A stretch of 64,000 nucleotides of DNA from Prevotella sp. (lineage in GTDB: Bacteria > Bacteroidota > Bacteroidia > Bacteroidales > Bacteroidaceae). A program made the position numbers and the translations under genes. The notes beneath the pieces are model-generated. The model did no database searches. It worked only from the letters and a program-made list of their open reading frames with translations, and was not told the origin of the DNA. Positions 35,113 through 44,591 of this stretch are shown here, in pieces (the stretch's first letter is position 1; every line of letters starts with the position of its first letter). The DNA lies in the NCBI GenBank assembly GCA_017442825.1, contig JAFRYZ010000009.1, positions 100,923-164,922 of the forward strand. The letters are read 5' to 3'.

Positions 35113-35880
35113 CTATAGTATAAACTCCACTTCCTTGAAAGCATATTTCCTGAGAGTTCCGCCGCGGAGTTGAAGGCAGAGCGTCCCGTTGTCTTCCACA
35201 TGGTCTATTCTGGCCTCGAACGTACCTTGTCGGTCGCGGTAGGCGTGGAATCCCTCGCGGCGGTAGAGCCGTTGATGGTAGCTCGTGCGCAGGGCGTCTA
35301 AAGCCTTCCGTTCTTGCCCGTTTGAAGATGGGTTACCTGCTTCCTCCCGGAGTTCCCCCAAGAGCTGTTGCAGGTGGGTCGTCAGCAGCTCCGTCACTTC
35401 CTCTCGCGGAGTCTCCCTGCCCGTGATTTGAATGAGCGACACGGGGTTGGGAGCATCGCTATGGAACGTGCGCTGGTTGATGTTGATGCCGATGCCGGCG
35501 ATGGTGTCCTTGATGCGTTGCCCAGAGAGTCGGTTTTCTATGAGAATGCCGCATATTTTGCGGTCGTTCCAATAGATGTCGTTCGGCCATTTTATGTTGA
35601 TACCGTCGGTAAAATGTTCCAGCGTCTTGCTCACCGCCAGAGCCACCGCCATAGACAATAGGAATTGCCGTGAGGCGGGGATGTGGTCAGGGTGGAAGAG
35701 CACGGAGCAGAGCAAGTTCTTGTGTGCCTCGCTCTCCCAATGGTTGTCGGCTTGTCCGCGTCCGGACGTCTGGTAGTCGGTGGTCACAACAGTCATCTCC
35801 TCGTCCTCCGCCGGCACGTAGTCGTGCAACCATCGGTTGGTAGAATCCACCTTTTCAATATGTATGTGCCTGACGCTCAT
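35113..35880 (-). CDS. birA: Biotin-[acetyl-CoA carboxylase] ligase (no HTH)
   Basis: VDSTN, QTSGRGQ and KWPNDI..KICGILIE motifs. Confidence 0.94.
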   Translation of the reverse strand: MSVRHIHIEKVDSTNRWLHDYVPAEDEEMTVVTTDYQTSGRGQADNHWESEAHKNLLCSVLFHPDHIPASRQFLLSMAVALAVSKTLEHFTDGINIKWPNDIYWNDRKICGILIENRLSGQRIKDTIAGIGININQRTFHSDAPNPVSLIQITGRETPREEVTELLTTHLQQLLGELREEAGNPSSNGQERKALDALRTSYHQRLYRREGFHAYRDRQGTFEARIDHVEDNGTLCLQLRGGTLRKYAFKEVEFIL

Positions 35881-35893
35881 AGCGCGAATCTAT

Positions 35894-36133
35894 TCATTCC
35901 TCCTCGTATTCTACATATTCGCCTTCGTCGTCGGGAATGATTTGCTGTTGCGTCTGTTGTGGCGTTCGGTTGTCATAAATCACGTTGCCGTTCACCTCTG
36001 TCTGCCGCTTTGTCTGCTCGCGCTGGAATCGTCGTGAAGCCTTGCGCAGGGTGTTGTAGAAGGAGAAGGCGATGACCAGCAGCAGGACGAGGGCTGCTAT
36101 GAAGAGGAAGAGTATAAACTTCAGGAATGCCAT
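35894..36133 (-). CDS. DUF4834-like small membrane protein
   Basis: N-terminal TM and C-terminal DDEGEYVEYEE; downstream of pssA. Confidence 0.7.
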   Translation of the reverse strand: MAFLKFILFLFIAALVLLLVIAFSFYNTLRKASRRFQREQTKRQTEVNGNVIYDNRTPQQTQQQIIPDDEGEYVEYEEE

Positions 36134-36246
36134 ATGTCAGGTTCTAGGTTTCAAGTTCCAAGTTTCTGGTTCCAGGTTTCAGGTTCCAGATTCTTCGCCG
36201 CATAGCGGCAGATTCCGCTCCCCTTTACCTCCTTTTTAACTCCCCT

Positions 36247-36939
36247 TTAACTCCCTTTCGTAAACAAGGAGAGCAGAACGTACCAGGCAATGATGATGGC
36301 GATGCCCAGGACCTGGAAGATGAGGAGCAGGGGTATGCAGGAGCCTACGAAGATGTATTTCACCTCGTTGCCCTTCCAGCCCCAGTGTTTGAACTTGAGG
36401 GCGAACATGGGCACCTCGCTCACCAGCAGCCAGCAGCTCACGCAGATGGCTACGAGCAACGCCGGCACCATCCAGGGCGACCGCTCTATCCACAGGCTTC
36501 CTCCCACCACCAGTGCTCCCCAGAACAGGGCGTTGGCAGGTGTGGGCAGTCCGATGAACGATGTTGTCTGGCGCTCGTCGAGGTTGAATTTAGCCAGCCT
36601 CAGTGCCGAGAAGGCTGCCATGATGTAGGCGAAGAAAGGAACGATGTGGCGCACGGGTTCCATGAACGAGGGATAGTCCATCACGCCCAGTTGTGCAAAG
36701 AGGATGGTCGAGGGCGCCACGCCGAAGGTCACGTCGTCGGCAAGCGAGTCGAGTTCCTTGCCTATGGGCGAGCTCACCTTGAGCAGTCGTGCACTCATGC
36801 CGTCGAAGAAGTCGAACACGGCTCCTATGACTATCCACAGCAGGGCGATGTCTGCCTTTCCGCTGACGGCGAAGACCGTTGCCACGCACCCTGAAATCAG
36901 GTTGCAGCAGGTAATGGTATTGGGGATGTGCTTTTTCAT
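36247..36939 (-). CDS. pssA: CDP-diacylglycerol-serine O-phosphatidyltransferase
   Basis: DFFDGMSAR..GKELDSLADDVTFGVAP and RLAKFN motifs. Confidence 0.93.
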   Translation of the reverse strand: MKKHIPNTITCCNLISGCVATVFAVSGKADIALLWIVIGAVFDFFDGMSARLLKVSSPIGKELDSLADDVTFGVAPSTILFAQLGVMDYPSFMEPVRHIVPFFAYIMAAFSALRLAKFNLDERQTTSFIGLPTPANALFWGALVVGGSLWIERSPWMVPALLVAICVSCWLLVSEVPMFALKFKHWGWKGNEVKYIFVGSCIPLLLIFQVLGIAIIIAWYVLLSLFTKGS

Positions 36940-37011
36940 TTTATTTGGTTTTTCCGGCTTTTTCCGGAATTTCCGGGTATCCGGATGCTCCGGAGATCCG
37001 GGTTCTCCTGC

Positions 37012-37704
37012 CTATTTCATCTTCGCAATCACCGTCTGGTCGCCGGTGGTAGCCTGTCCCATCTTCACGCAGACCTCCGTGCCCAGGGGCAGATAGACGT
37101 CAACGCGCGAACCCAGTTTGATGAATCCCAGATGCTCGTCGATGTAGCAGTCTTCGCCCTCCTTGGCATAGGTCACGATGCGTCGCGCCACGGCACCGGC
37201 AATCTGTCGGCAGAGCACGTCCACGCCGTCGGGCGTCGTTATCATGATGTCGGCATGCTCGTTCTCCTCGCTGGCCTTGGGCAGCCACGCCTTGTGGTAG
37301 TTGCCGTTCTGGTGGTGTACCAACTTCACCTTTCCGTCCACGGGGAACCAGTTGGCGTGCACGTTCCACAGGCTCATGAAGATGCTGATCATCAGTCGCT
37401 TGTCGTGGAAATACGTATTCTCCTCCACCTCTTCTATGACAACGATGCGCCCGTCGGCAGGTGCCACCACTATCTTGTCCGTGTCCTCCTGCGGGAAAAA
37501 GCGGATGGGGCAGCGGTAGAAGTTGGCGGTGATGCCATAGACGGTTCCGAAGACCGCCAGGAACGCCCAGAAGGGAATCTTCGTGTCGAAGCAGAACCAC
37601 AGGATGGCGGCTACTACTCCCAGACAAATACCACCATAGAGCAGCGTGTTGGTGCCCTCGCGGTGGATGCGTATTTTCTTCAGTTTCTTTATTTTTCTAC
37701 CCAT
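37012..37704 (-). CDS. psd: Phosphatidylserine decarboxylase proenzyme
   Basis: APADG, SIFMS..NVH, QIAG..ARRI and LGS cleavage motif. Confidence 0.94.
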   Translation of the reverse strand: MGRKIKKLKKIRIHREGTNTLLYGGICLGVVAAILWFCFDTKIPFWAFLAVFGTVYGITANFYRCPIRFFPQEDTDKIVVAPADGRIVVIEEVEENTYFHDKRLMISIFMSLWNVHANWFPVDGKVKLVHHQNGNYHKAWLPKASEENEHADIMITTPDGVDVLCRQIAGAVARRIVTYAKEGEDCYIDEHLGFIKLGSRVDVYLPLGTEVCVKMGQATTGDQTVIAKMK

Positions 37705-38248
37705 CAGTTTTCTCTATGCTATAATTCTCGGCAAAGGTACTGATTTTCTCGGACATATCGGAACTATCCGATGTAAAAATTCAAAAATCCCCACATTTTG
37801 TAAAAGATGTCGTAAAAACTAAAAGCCAACTCCCCCCCAACCGTGCCTCCTTTCGCACAAGAGTTTACCCGTTTTTTCGTCCTATATGTCCTGCGCCTTG
37901 ACCGCCCCTGTCCTGCGCTGTACTATGTGTCCTGCTCTGCGAAACCTATGCTTTTGCTGGCTGACTGCTATCGTTTTGCGCTGTAGATATATATATGTAT
38001 ATGCGTGCCCGTTCTCACTATTCTCGGTGCAAAGATAGCACGCGCCCGTTGCGGTCTGCGAATCCCAGCCGTATTTTTTTGTCTCCCATAATCCTGTAAC
38101 AACTGTCACTGTCTTGTGTGTCATTATGTTAAAAAATCTCATGCACCCCTGCGGCGGTGTGGATAACCATCGTATGAAAAAAGACGCTGAAAAAGGTTGG
38201 ATTTTAGTTTGGTTCTTTCTGCTGTTATTTGTAACTTTGTACCCACCT

Positions 38249-41200
38249 ATGGAAGATTTTGTACATTTACACGTTCATACCTATTACTCGATTCTTGACG
38301 GGCAGTCGCCCGTCAAGAAACTCGTGGACAAGGCTGTTGCCGACGACATGAAAGGAATGGCGATTACCGACCACGGCGACATGTTCGGCATCAAGGAGTT
38401 TTTCGACTATTGCAAGGACATCAACAAGACGCGCAAGGAGGAGGGCAAGGAACCGTTTAAGCCCATCTTCGGATGTGAGATGTATGTGGCGCGCGGCGGC
38501 GACAAGATGCGCAAGCTGGACAAGGAAGACCTGGGCGGCTACCACCTGATTGTACTGGCAAAGAACTTTCAGGGCTACAAGAACCTCATCAAGCTGGTGA
38601 GCCGCTCGTGGGTGGACGGTTTCTACAACCGTCCGCGAACCGACCGCACCGATCTGGAGCAGTTTCACGAGGGACTGATTGTCTGTTCGGCTTGTATTGC
38701 CGGCGAGGTGCCGCACAAGATTCTGGCTGGTGACATTGCAGGAGCCCGAGAGGCGATAGAATGGCACCGGCGCGTCTTCGGCGACGACTACTACCTGGAG
38801 CTGCAACGCCACGAGGTGACCGACCCCACCATACGCGCCAACCGCGAGACGTTTCCCCTGCAGCAGAAAGCCAACAAGGTGCTCATAGAGCTGGCACGCG
38901 AATACGGCATCAAACTCATCTGTTCGAACGACGCACACTTTGTGGACAAGGAGAATGCCGAGGCGCACGACCACCTGTTGTGCCTGGCTACGGCAAAAGA
39001 CCTGGACGACCCCACGCGCATGCTCTATTCGAAGCAGGAGTGGTTCAAGACGCGAGCGGAGATGAACGAGGTGTTTGCCGATGTGCCCGAGGCGTTGGCG
39101 AACACGCTGGAGGTGCTGGACAAGGTGGAGTTCTACAACATCAACCACGACCCCATCATGCCCTTCTTCCCCATTCCCGAGAGCTTCGGGACGGAGGACG
39201 ACATACGCAGGATATATACGCAAGAAGACCTCTACAAGGAGTTCACCAGCGACGAGAACGGCGAAAACCAGTTGCCGCCGGAGGAGGGACAGAAGAAGAT
39301 TGACCACCTGGGCGGATACGACAAACTGTACCGCATCAAGTTCGAGGCGGAATACCTGAAGAAACTGGCATACGACGGTGCTGCACGACTCTATGGCGAC
39401 CCCCTGCCGAAGGAGGTGGACGAGCGCATCAACTTCGAGCTGCACATCATGAAGACGATGGGTTTCCCGGGCTACTTCCTCATCGTGCAAGACTTCATCA
39501 ACTCGGCGCGCAACGAGCTGGGCGTGATGGTGGGACCGGGACGTGGCTCGGCGGCGGGCAGTGTGGTGGCGTATTGTCTGGGCATCACGAAAATCAATCC
39601 GCTGAAATACGACCTGCTGTTCGAGCGTTTCCTGAACCCCGACCGCATCTCACTGCCCGATATTGATACCGACTTCGACGACGACGGGCGCGGCCGCGTG
39701 TTGCAATGGGTGGAAGACAAATACGGCCACGAGAATTGTGCACACATCATCACCTATGCGTCGATGGCTACGAAGAACTCCATCAAGGATGTGGCACGAG
39801 TGGAGAAGGTGCCCATAGCCATGTCGAATGAGTTGTGCAAGGCTATTCCCGACCGACTGAAAGACCCGAAGACGGGCAAGGACCTGAAGATGAATCTGAC
39901 GAACGCCATCAAGTGCACACCCTTGTTGCAAGATGCCGAGGTGTCGGACGACGACCGCCTGCGCAACACCATCAAGTATGCGAAGATGCTGGAGGGTACC
40001 ATACGCGGAACGGGTATCCACGCCTGCGGATTCATCATCTGCCGCGACCCCATCAGCGACTGGGTGCCCGTTTCTACGGCTGACGACCCCGACTTCAAGG
40101 GAAAGAAGGTGAACTGTACGCAATACGACGGACACGTAATCGAGGAGACGGGGCTCATCAAGATGGACTTCCTCGGACTGAAGACGCTCTCGGAGCTAAA
40201 GGAGGCGGTGGAGAACGTCAGGCTGACAACGGGAAAGGTGGTGGACTTGGACAAGATTCCCATCGACGACCCGAAGACGTATGAACTGTACCAGAAGGGA
40301 CAGACCATCGGCACGTTCCAGTTTGAATCGTCGGGCATGCAGAACTACCTGCGCCAGCTGAAGCCGACGGTGTTTGAAGACTTGATAGCGATGAACGCCC
40401 TCTACCGACCGGGACCAATGGGGTATATCCCCGATTTCATCGACCGTAAGCACGGCCGCAAACCCATCACATACGACATTCCCATCATGGAAAAATACCT
40501 CAAGGATACGTACGGCATTACCGTCTATCAGGAGCAGGTGATGTTGCTATCGCGACTGCTGGCTGACTTCACGCGAGGCGAGAGCGACGCCCTGAGAAAG
40601 GCGATGGGAAAGAAGAAGAAAAACATCGTCGATGCGATGAAACCAAAGTTTATTGAGGGTGGAAAGACAAAAGGATACGACCCGAAAGTGCTCGAGAAAA
40701 TCTGGGCCGACTGGGAGTCGTTTGCCAGCTACGCCTTCAACAAGAGTCATGCGGCGTGCTATTCGTGGGTGGCCTACCAGACGGCGTACATGAAGGCAAA
40801 CTACCCTGCGGAGTTCATGGCTGCCATCATGAGCCGACGCAAGGACCAGATAACGGAAATCACCAAGCTGATGGACGAATGTAAGGCGCTGGGCATTGCT
40901 ACGCTAGGACCTGACGTGAACGAGAGCCGCCTGAAGTTCACGGTGAACGCGCATGGCGAAATTCGTTTCGGACTGGCGGGTATTAAGGGCATTGGCGAGG
41001 GACCGGCGCAAGCTATCATCAGCGAACGCGAGAAGAACGGACCGTACAAGGACATCTACGACTTCGTGCAACGCGTAGATCTGAAGAGTGTCGGCAGAAG
41101 GGTGTTCGACAGCCTGGCGTATAGCGGGGTGTTCGACAGCTTCGGCTATCAGCGCGAACAGTTCTTTGCGCCAAACGCCAAGGGCGAACCATTCTTCGAC

Positions 41201-41974
41201 ACGCTGGTGAGATACGGATTCCTCTATCAGCAAGAGAAACAACAAAATCTGAACTCGCTCTTTGGCGACGACAACGATGTGGAGATTGCTCATCCGCCTG
41301 TGCCGCAAGCCGAGAAATGGCCGGTGATAGAGAAACTGAACAAGGAGCGTGAACTCATCGGTATCTATCTCTCGGCGCATCCGCTGGACGAATACAGCGT
41401 GGTGCTGAACCACTTGTGCAACACGAAGTGTGCGGAAATCAACCGCGATGCGGACATGGACGAGCTGGCAAAGCGCAACGAGGTCACCTTCGGAGGTATC
41501 ATCACGGGTGTCGTGGAGCGCTTCTCGCAGAAGACGGGAAAACCGTTCGGATTTGTCACGATAGAAGATTTTGAGTCGTCGGGAGAACTGGCGCTGTTCG
41601 ACGACGACTGGGCTAAATGGAACGGCAAACTGAAGGAGAACTACAGCATCTTCGTGCGCGCCAAGTGTGTGCCGCGATTCCGCAACAGCAACTTGAAGAA
41701 ACTGGAAATTCTGAGTGTGGAACAGCTCTACGACGTGAAGGAGAAACAACTGGAGAAAATCACAGTCATGATTGACGAGGCTACTCTCGACGATACGCTG
41801 GTGACGGACTTGGCATCGGTGGTGGAGGATAATCGGGGACGCAGCAAACTATACATTCAGTTGCATACCGACACGCAGGGCAACCTGCTCATGGTGAGCC
41901 GACAGGGAGTAGACGTGAACCGCAAGTTCCTGCAATATCTCGACGGCAACGATCTGCGCTATAAGGTGAATTAG
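38249..41974 (+). CDS. dnaE: DNA polymerase III alpha subunit
   Basis: FVHLHVHT.YS.LDG, GPGRGSAAGS, PDIDTD, KMDFLGL and YAFNKSH motifs; TAACTTTG at 38232-39 supports the MEDF start. Confidence 0.98.
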   Translation: MEDFVHLHVHTYYSILDGQSPVKKLVDKAVADDMKGMAITDHGDMFGIKEFFDYCKDINKTRKEEGKEPFKPIFGCEMYVARGGDKMRKLDKEDLGGYHLIVLAKNFQGYKNLIKLVSRSWVDGFYNRPRTDRTDLEQFHEGLIVCSACIAGEVPHKILAGDIAGAREAIEWHRRVFGDDYYLELQRHEVTDPTIRANRETFPLQQKANKVLIELAREYGIKLICSNDAHFVDKENAEAHDHLLCLATAKDLDDPTRMLYSKQEWFKTRAEMNEVFADVPEALANTLEVLDKVEFYNINHDPIMPFFPIPESFGTEDDIRRIYTQEDLYKEFTSDENGENQLPPEEGQKKIDHLGGYDKLYRIKFEAEYLKKLAYDGAARLYGDPLPKEVDERINFELHIMKTMGFPGYFLIVQDFINSARNELGVMVGPGRGSAAGSVVAYCLGITKINPLKYDLLFERFLNPDRISLPDIDTDFDDDGRGRVLQWVEDKYGHENCAHIITYASMATKNSIKDVARVEKVPIAMSNELCKAIPDRLKDPKTGKDLKMNLTNAIKCTPLLQDAEVSDDDRLRNTIKYAKMLEGTIRGTGIHACGFIICRDPISDWVPVSTADDPDFKGKKVNCTQYDGHVIEETGLIKMDFLGLKTLSELKEAVENVRLTTGKVVDLDKIPIDDPKTYELYQKGQTIGTFQFESSGMQNYLRQLKPTVFEDLIAMNALYRPGPMGYIPDFIDRKHGRKPITYDIPIMEKYLKDTYGITVYQEQVMLLSRLLADFTRGESDALRKAMGKKKKNIVDAMKPKFIEGGKTKGYDPKVLEKIWADWESFASYAFNKSHAACYSWVAYQTAYMKANYPAEFMAAIMSRRKDQITEITKLMDECKALGIATLGPDVNESRLKFTVNAHGEIRFGLAGIKGIGEGPAQAIISEREKNGPYKDIYDFVQRVDLKSVGRRVFDSLAYSGVFDSFGYQREQFFAPNAKGEPFFDTLVRYGFLYQQEKQQNLNSLFGDDNDVEIAHPPVPQAEKWPVIEKLNKERELIGIYLSAHPLDEYSVVLNHLCNTKCAEINRDADMDELAKRNEVTFGGIITGVVERFSQKTGKPFGFVTIEDFESSGELALFDDDWAKWNGKLKENYSIFVRAKCVPRFRNSNLKKLEILSVEQLYDVKEKQLEKITVMIDEATLDDTLVTDLASVVEDNRGRSKLYIQLHTDTQGNLLMVSRQGVDVNRKFLQYLDGNDLRYKVN

Positions 41975-41977
41975 GAA

Positions 41978-42050
41978 GGGGAGTTAAAAATGGGAGTTAA
42001 ATGGGAGTTAAAAAGGAGTTAAAGGGGAGTTAAAAAAGGGGAGTTAAAGG
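41978..42050 (+). repeat. Six GGAGTTAA units with 10-14 nt period
   Basis: Immediately after the dnaE stop codon. Confidence 0.85.
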
Positions 42051-42081
42051 GACAATAGTATTCATTAAAATAAAGAGAATT

Positions 42082-42396
42082 ATGGAAGTAAAAATCACAA
42101 GTGAGAATTTCGAGAGTTTGAAGAACGGCGCACAACCGTTGGTAGTGGACTTATGGGCTCCGTGGTGCGGACCATGCCGCATGGTGGGACCGGTCATTAG
42201 CGAGCTGGCTCAGGATTACGACGGCAAGATTGTCGTGGGCAAGTGTGACGTGGACGAGGAGGAGGAAATTGCCGCCGAACTGGGCGTGCGCAACATTCCT
42301 ACCATCTTGTTCATTAAGAACGGACAGATTGTTGACAAGCACGTGGGGGCTGCACCGAAGAGTCTGCTCGACGAGAAGTTCAAGGCACTGCTCTGA
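42082..42396 (+). CDS. trxA: Thioredoxin
   Basis: WCGPC active site. Confidence 0.97.
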   Translation: MEVKITSENFESLKNGAQPLVVDLWAPWCGPCRMVGPVISELAQDYDGKIVVGKCDVDEEEEIAAELGVRNIPTILFIKNGQIVDKHVGAAPKSLLDEKFKALL

Positions 42397-42490
42397 TAGC
42401 AAGGGTGTGGGACTGACCTTTCGCCCAGCGCAGGTCGGTAAGAAAAACGTGGTTCGGCAATATCACCTGCTTTTGTAGAAGCAGGACGAA

Positions 42491-42913
42491 CTAATAGCTG
42501 AGCACGCGCGAACCGTCGGATTCTTTTCTCATGCTGACGCGAACGGCATCGGCAGGAAGGATGGATTCGATGAGCTCGGGCCACTCCACGAAGCAGAGGG
42601 CTCCGCTATAGAAATATTCCTCGTAACCCATGTCGTAAACTTCATCGAGTTTGCGGATGCGATAGAAATCGAAGTGGTAGATGGCACTATCAGCCCATTT
42701 GCCACTTCGTGCCGTATATTCGTTGACGAGGGCAAAGGTGGGGGAGGTGACGACGTCTTCAACGCCCAGTTCTTCGCATACGGCTTTGATAAACGTGGTC
42801 TTGCCCGTTCCCATGTCGGCAAAGAAAGCGAAGACGCGATGCTCGCCAATGGTCTGGATAAAGGTCTTTGCCGCCTCGTGAATCTCTTCGAGACTTCCTA
42901 TCTTGATTTCCAT
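42491..42913 (-). CDS. tsaE: tRNA t6A biosynthesis ATPase
   Basis: MGTGKTT, SPTF, HFDFYR and VEWP motifs. Confidence 0.96.
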   Translation of the reverse strand: MEIKIGSLEEIHEAAKTFIQTIGEHRVFAFFADMGTGKTTFIKAVCEELGVEDVVTSPTFALVNEYTARSGKWADSAIYHFDFYRIRKLDEVYDMGYEEYFYSGALCFVEWPELIESILPADAVRVSMRKESDGSRVLSY

Positions 42914-42993
42914 GTGTATCTGTTTCTATATACGGTTCCGGTTTTCCAGAGCGCGTTTTTTATTTCTTTCTTGGTTTTCCCAGAGGGTGTCTT

Positions 42994-44550
42994 TTATTTC
43001 CTTCTAGGAGTCAGCGTGATGAGTGGAATCAGCATTTCTTCCATCGAGATGCCGCCGTGCTGGAACGTGTCCTTATAGTAGCTGACGTAGTAGTTGTAAT
43101 TGTTGGGATAGGCAAAGAACGCGTCGTTGGTGGCAAAGACGTAGCTGGTCGATAGGTTGGGCGAGGGCAGCTGGGCCTTGTGCGGTTCCTTGATGGCGAA
43201 CACTTCCTTGTCGTTGTAGCTGAGGTTCTTGCCCAGCTTGTAGCGGAGGTTGGTGTTGGTGTTGCGGTCGCCGATAATCTTCACGGGGTTGGTGGCACGG
43301 ATGGAACCGTGGTCGGTAGTGATGATGATCTTGTAGTCGCTTTGTGCCAGCAACGGGAAGATGTTGGAGAGCACCGAGTGGCGGAACCAGCTGAGCGTGA
43401 TGCTTCGGTAGGCGCTCTCGTTGCTTGCCAATTCGCGTACCATCTTCATCTCTGTGCGGGCATGGGAGAGCATGTCGATGAAGTTGACCACAAGCACGTT
43501 CAGGTCGTATTGCTTCAGGTTGGCGTATTGCTGGAGAAACTTCTCGGCACCGGCTGAGTCGTTGATTTTATGGTAGGAGAACGTGTCGTGGCGGCGGAAG
43601 CGCTCTATCTGCGTCTGAATCAAGGGTGCTTCGTTCAGGTTCTTGCCTTCTTCCTCGTCTTCGTCAACCCATAGCTCCGGAAACATCTTGGCGATCTGGG
43701 TGGGCATCAGTCCGCTGAAGATAGCGTTGCGCGCATATTGCGTCGCTGTGGGAAGGATGCTCATGTATAGGTCTTCGTCTATGTCGAACTGGTCGCCAAT
43801 CTCTTGCGAGAGCACGCGCCATTGGTCGAAACGGAAGTTGTCGATGACAATGAGGAAGACTTTCTCGCCTTGGTTCAGCAGGGGGAACACCTTCGACTTG
43901 AAGATGTCGGGCGACATCAGGGGCGTATCGCCTTTGCCGCGCTCGTCTATCCAACGGAGGTAGTTCTTCTTGATGAACTTGGCGAAGCCCAGGTTGGCGT
44001 CTTCCTTCTGCATCTTCAGCATCTCCGTCATGTTGCTTTCCGTGCTACTCAGCTCCAGTTCCCATCTCACCAGCCGTTTGTAGAGGTCTTTCCAGTCGTC
44101 GAGGTTAGCACAATTCTGTATCTGCATGGAAATGTCCATGAAACTCTGCTGGTAGCTGCTTTGTGTCACCTCGGTGACAATCTCCTTCTGGTGGATGTTC
44201 TTCTTGAGCGACAACAGTATCTGGTTGGGGTTGACGGGCTTGATGAGGTAGTCGGCTATCTTTGCTCCGATGGCTTGGTTCATGATGTTCTCTTCCTCGC
44301 TCTTGGTCACCATGACGACGGGCGTTGCCGGTTGTATCTCCTTGATTTGTTGCAACGTCTCCAGTCCGCTCAAGCCAGGCATCTGCTCGTCGAGCATGAT
44401 GAGGTCGAACGTCTGTTGGCGACATTGGTCAATAGCGTCAATGCCGTTGCTCACCGTACGCACTTCGTACCCCTTCTTTTCCAGAAAGATGATATGTGCG
44501 CGCAAAAGCTCTATCTCGTCATCTACCCAAAGTAATAGTCCGTTGCTCAT
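42994..44550 (-). CDS. porX: T9SS response regulator with PglZ domain
   Basis: Receiver domain (WVDDE, LDEQMPG) plus PglZ (PTATQYARNAIF, TTDHG, FQHGGISMEEM); synteny with tsaE. Confidence 0.93.
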   Translation of the reverse strand: MSNGLLLWVDDEIELLRAHIIFLEKKGYEVRTVSNGIDAIDQCRQQTFDLIMLDEQMPGLSGLETLQQIKEIQPATPVVMVTKSEEENIMNQAIGAKIADYLIKPVNPNQILLSLKKNIHQKEIVTEVTQSSYQQSFMDISMQIQNCANLDDWKDLYKRLVRWELELSSTESNMTEMLKMQKEDANLGFAKFIKKNYLRWIDERGKGDTPLMSPDIFKSKVFPLLNQGEKVFLIVIDNFRFDQWRVLSQEIGDQFDIDEDLYMSILPTATQYARNAIFSGLMPTQIAKMFPELWVDEDEEEGKNLNEAPLIQTQIERFRRHDTFSYHKINDSAGAEKFLQQYANLKQYDLNVLVVNFIDMLSHARTEMKMVRELASNESAYRSITLSWFRHSVLSNIFPLLAQSDYKIIITTDHGSIRATNPVKIIGDRNTNTNLRYKLGKNLSYNDKEVFAIKEPHKAQLPSPNLSTSYVFATNDAFFAYPNNYNYYVSYYKDTFQHGGISMEEMLIPLITLTPRRK

Positions 44551-44591
44551 AATTATCTCTTGTTGCTTATATATCAACTCTCAACCTTAAA

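Noticed and set aside
39180-39345. Possible intein or odd insertion in DnaE
   Set aside because: Only ~50 aa, with no C...HN splice motifs; more likely a lineage-typical insertion.
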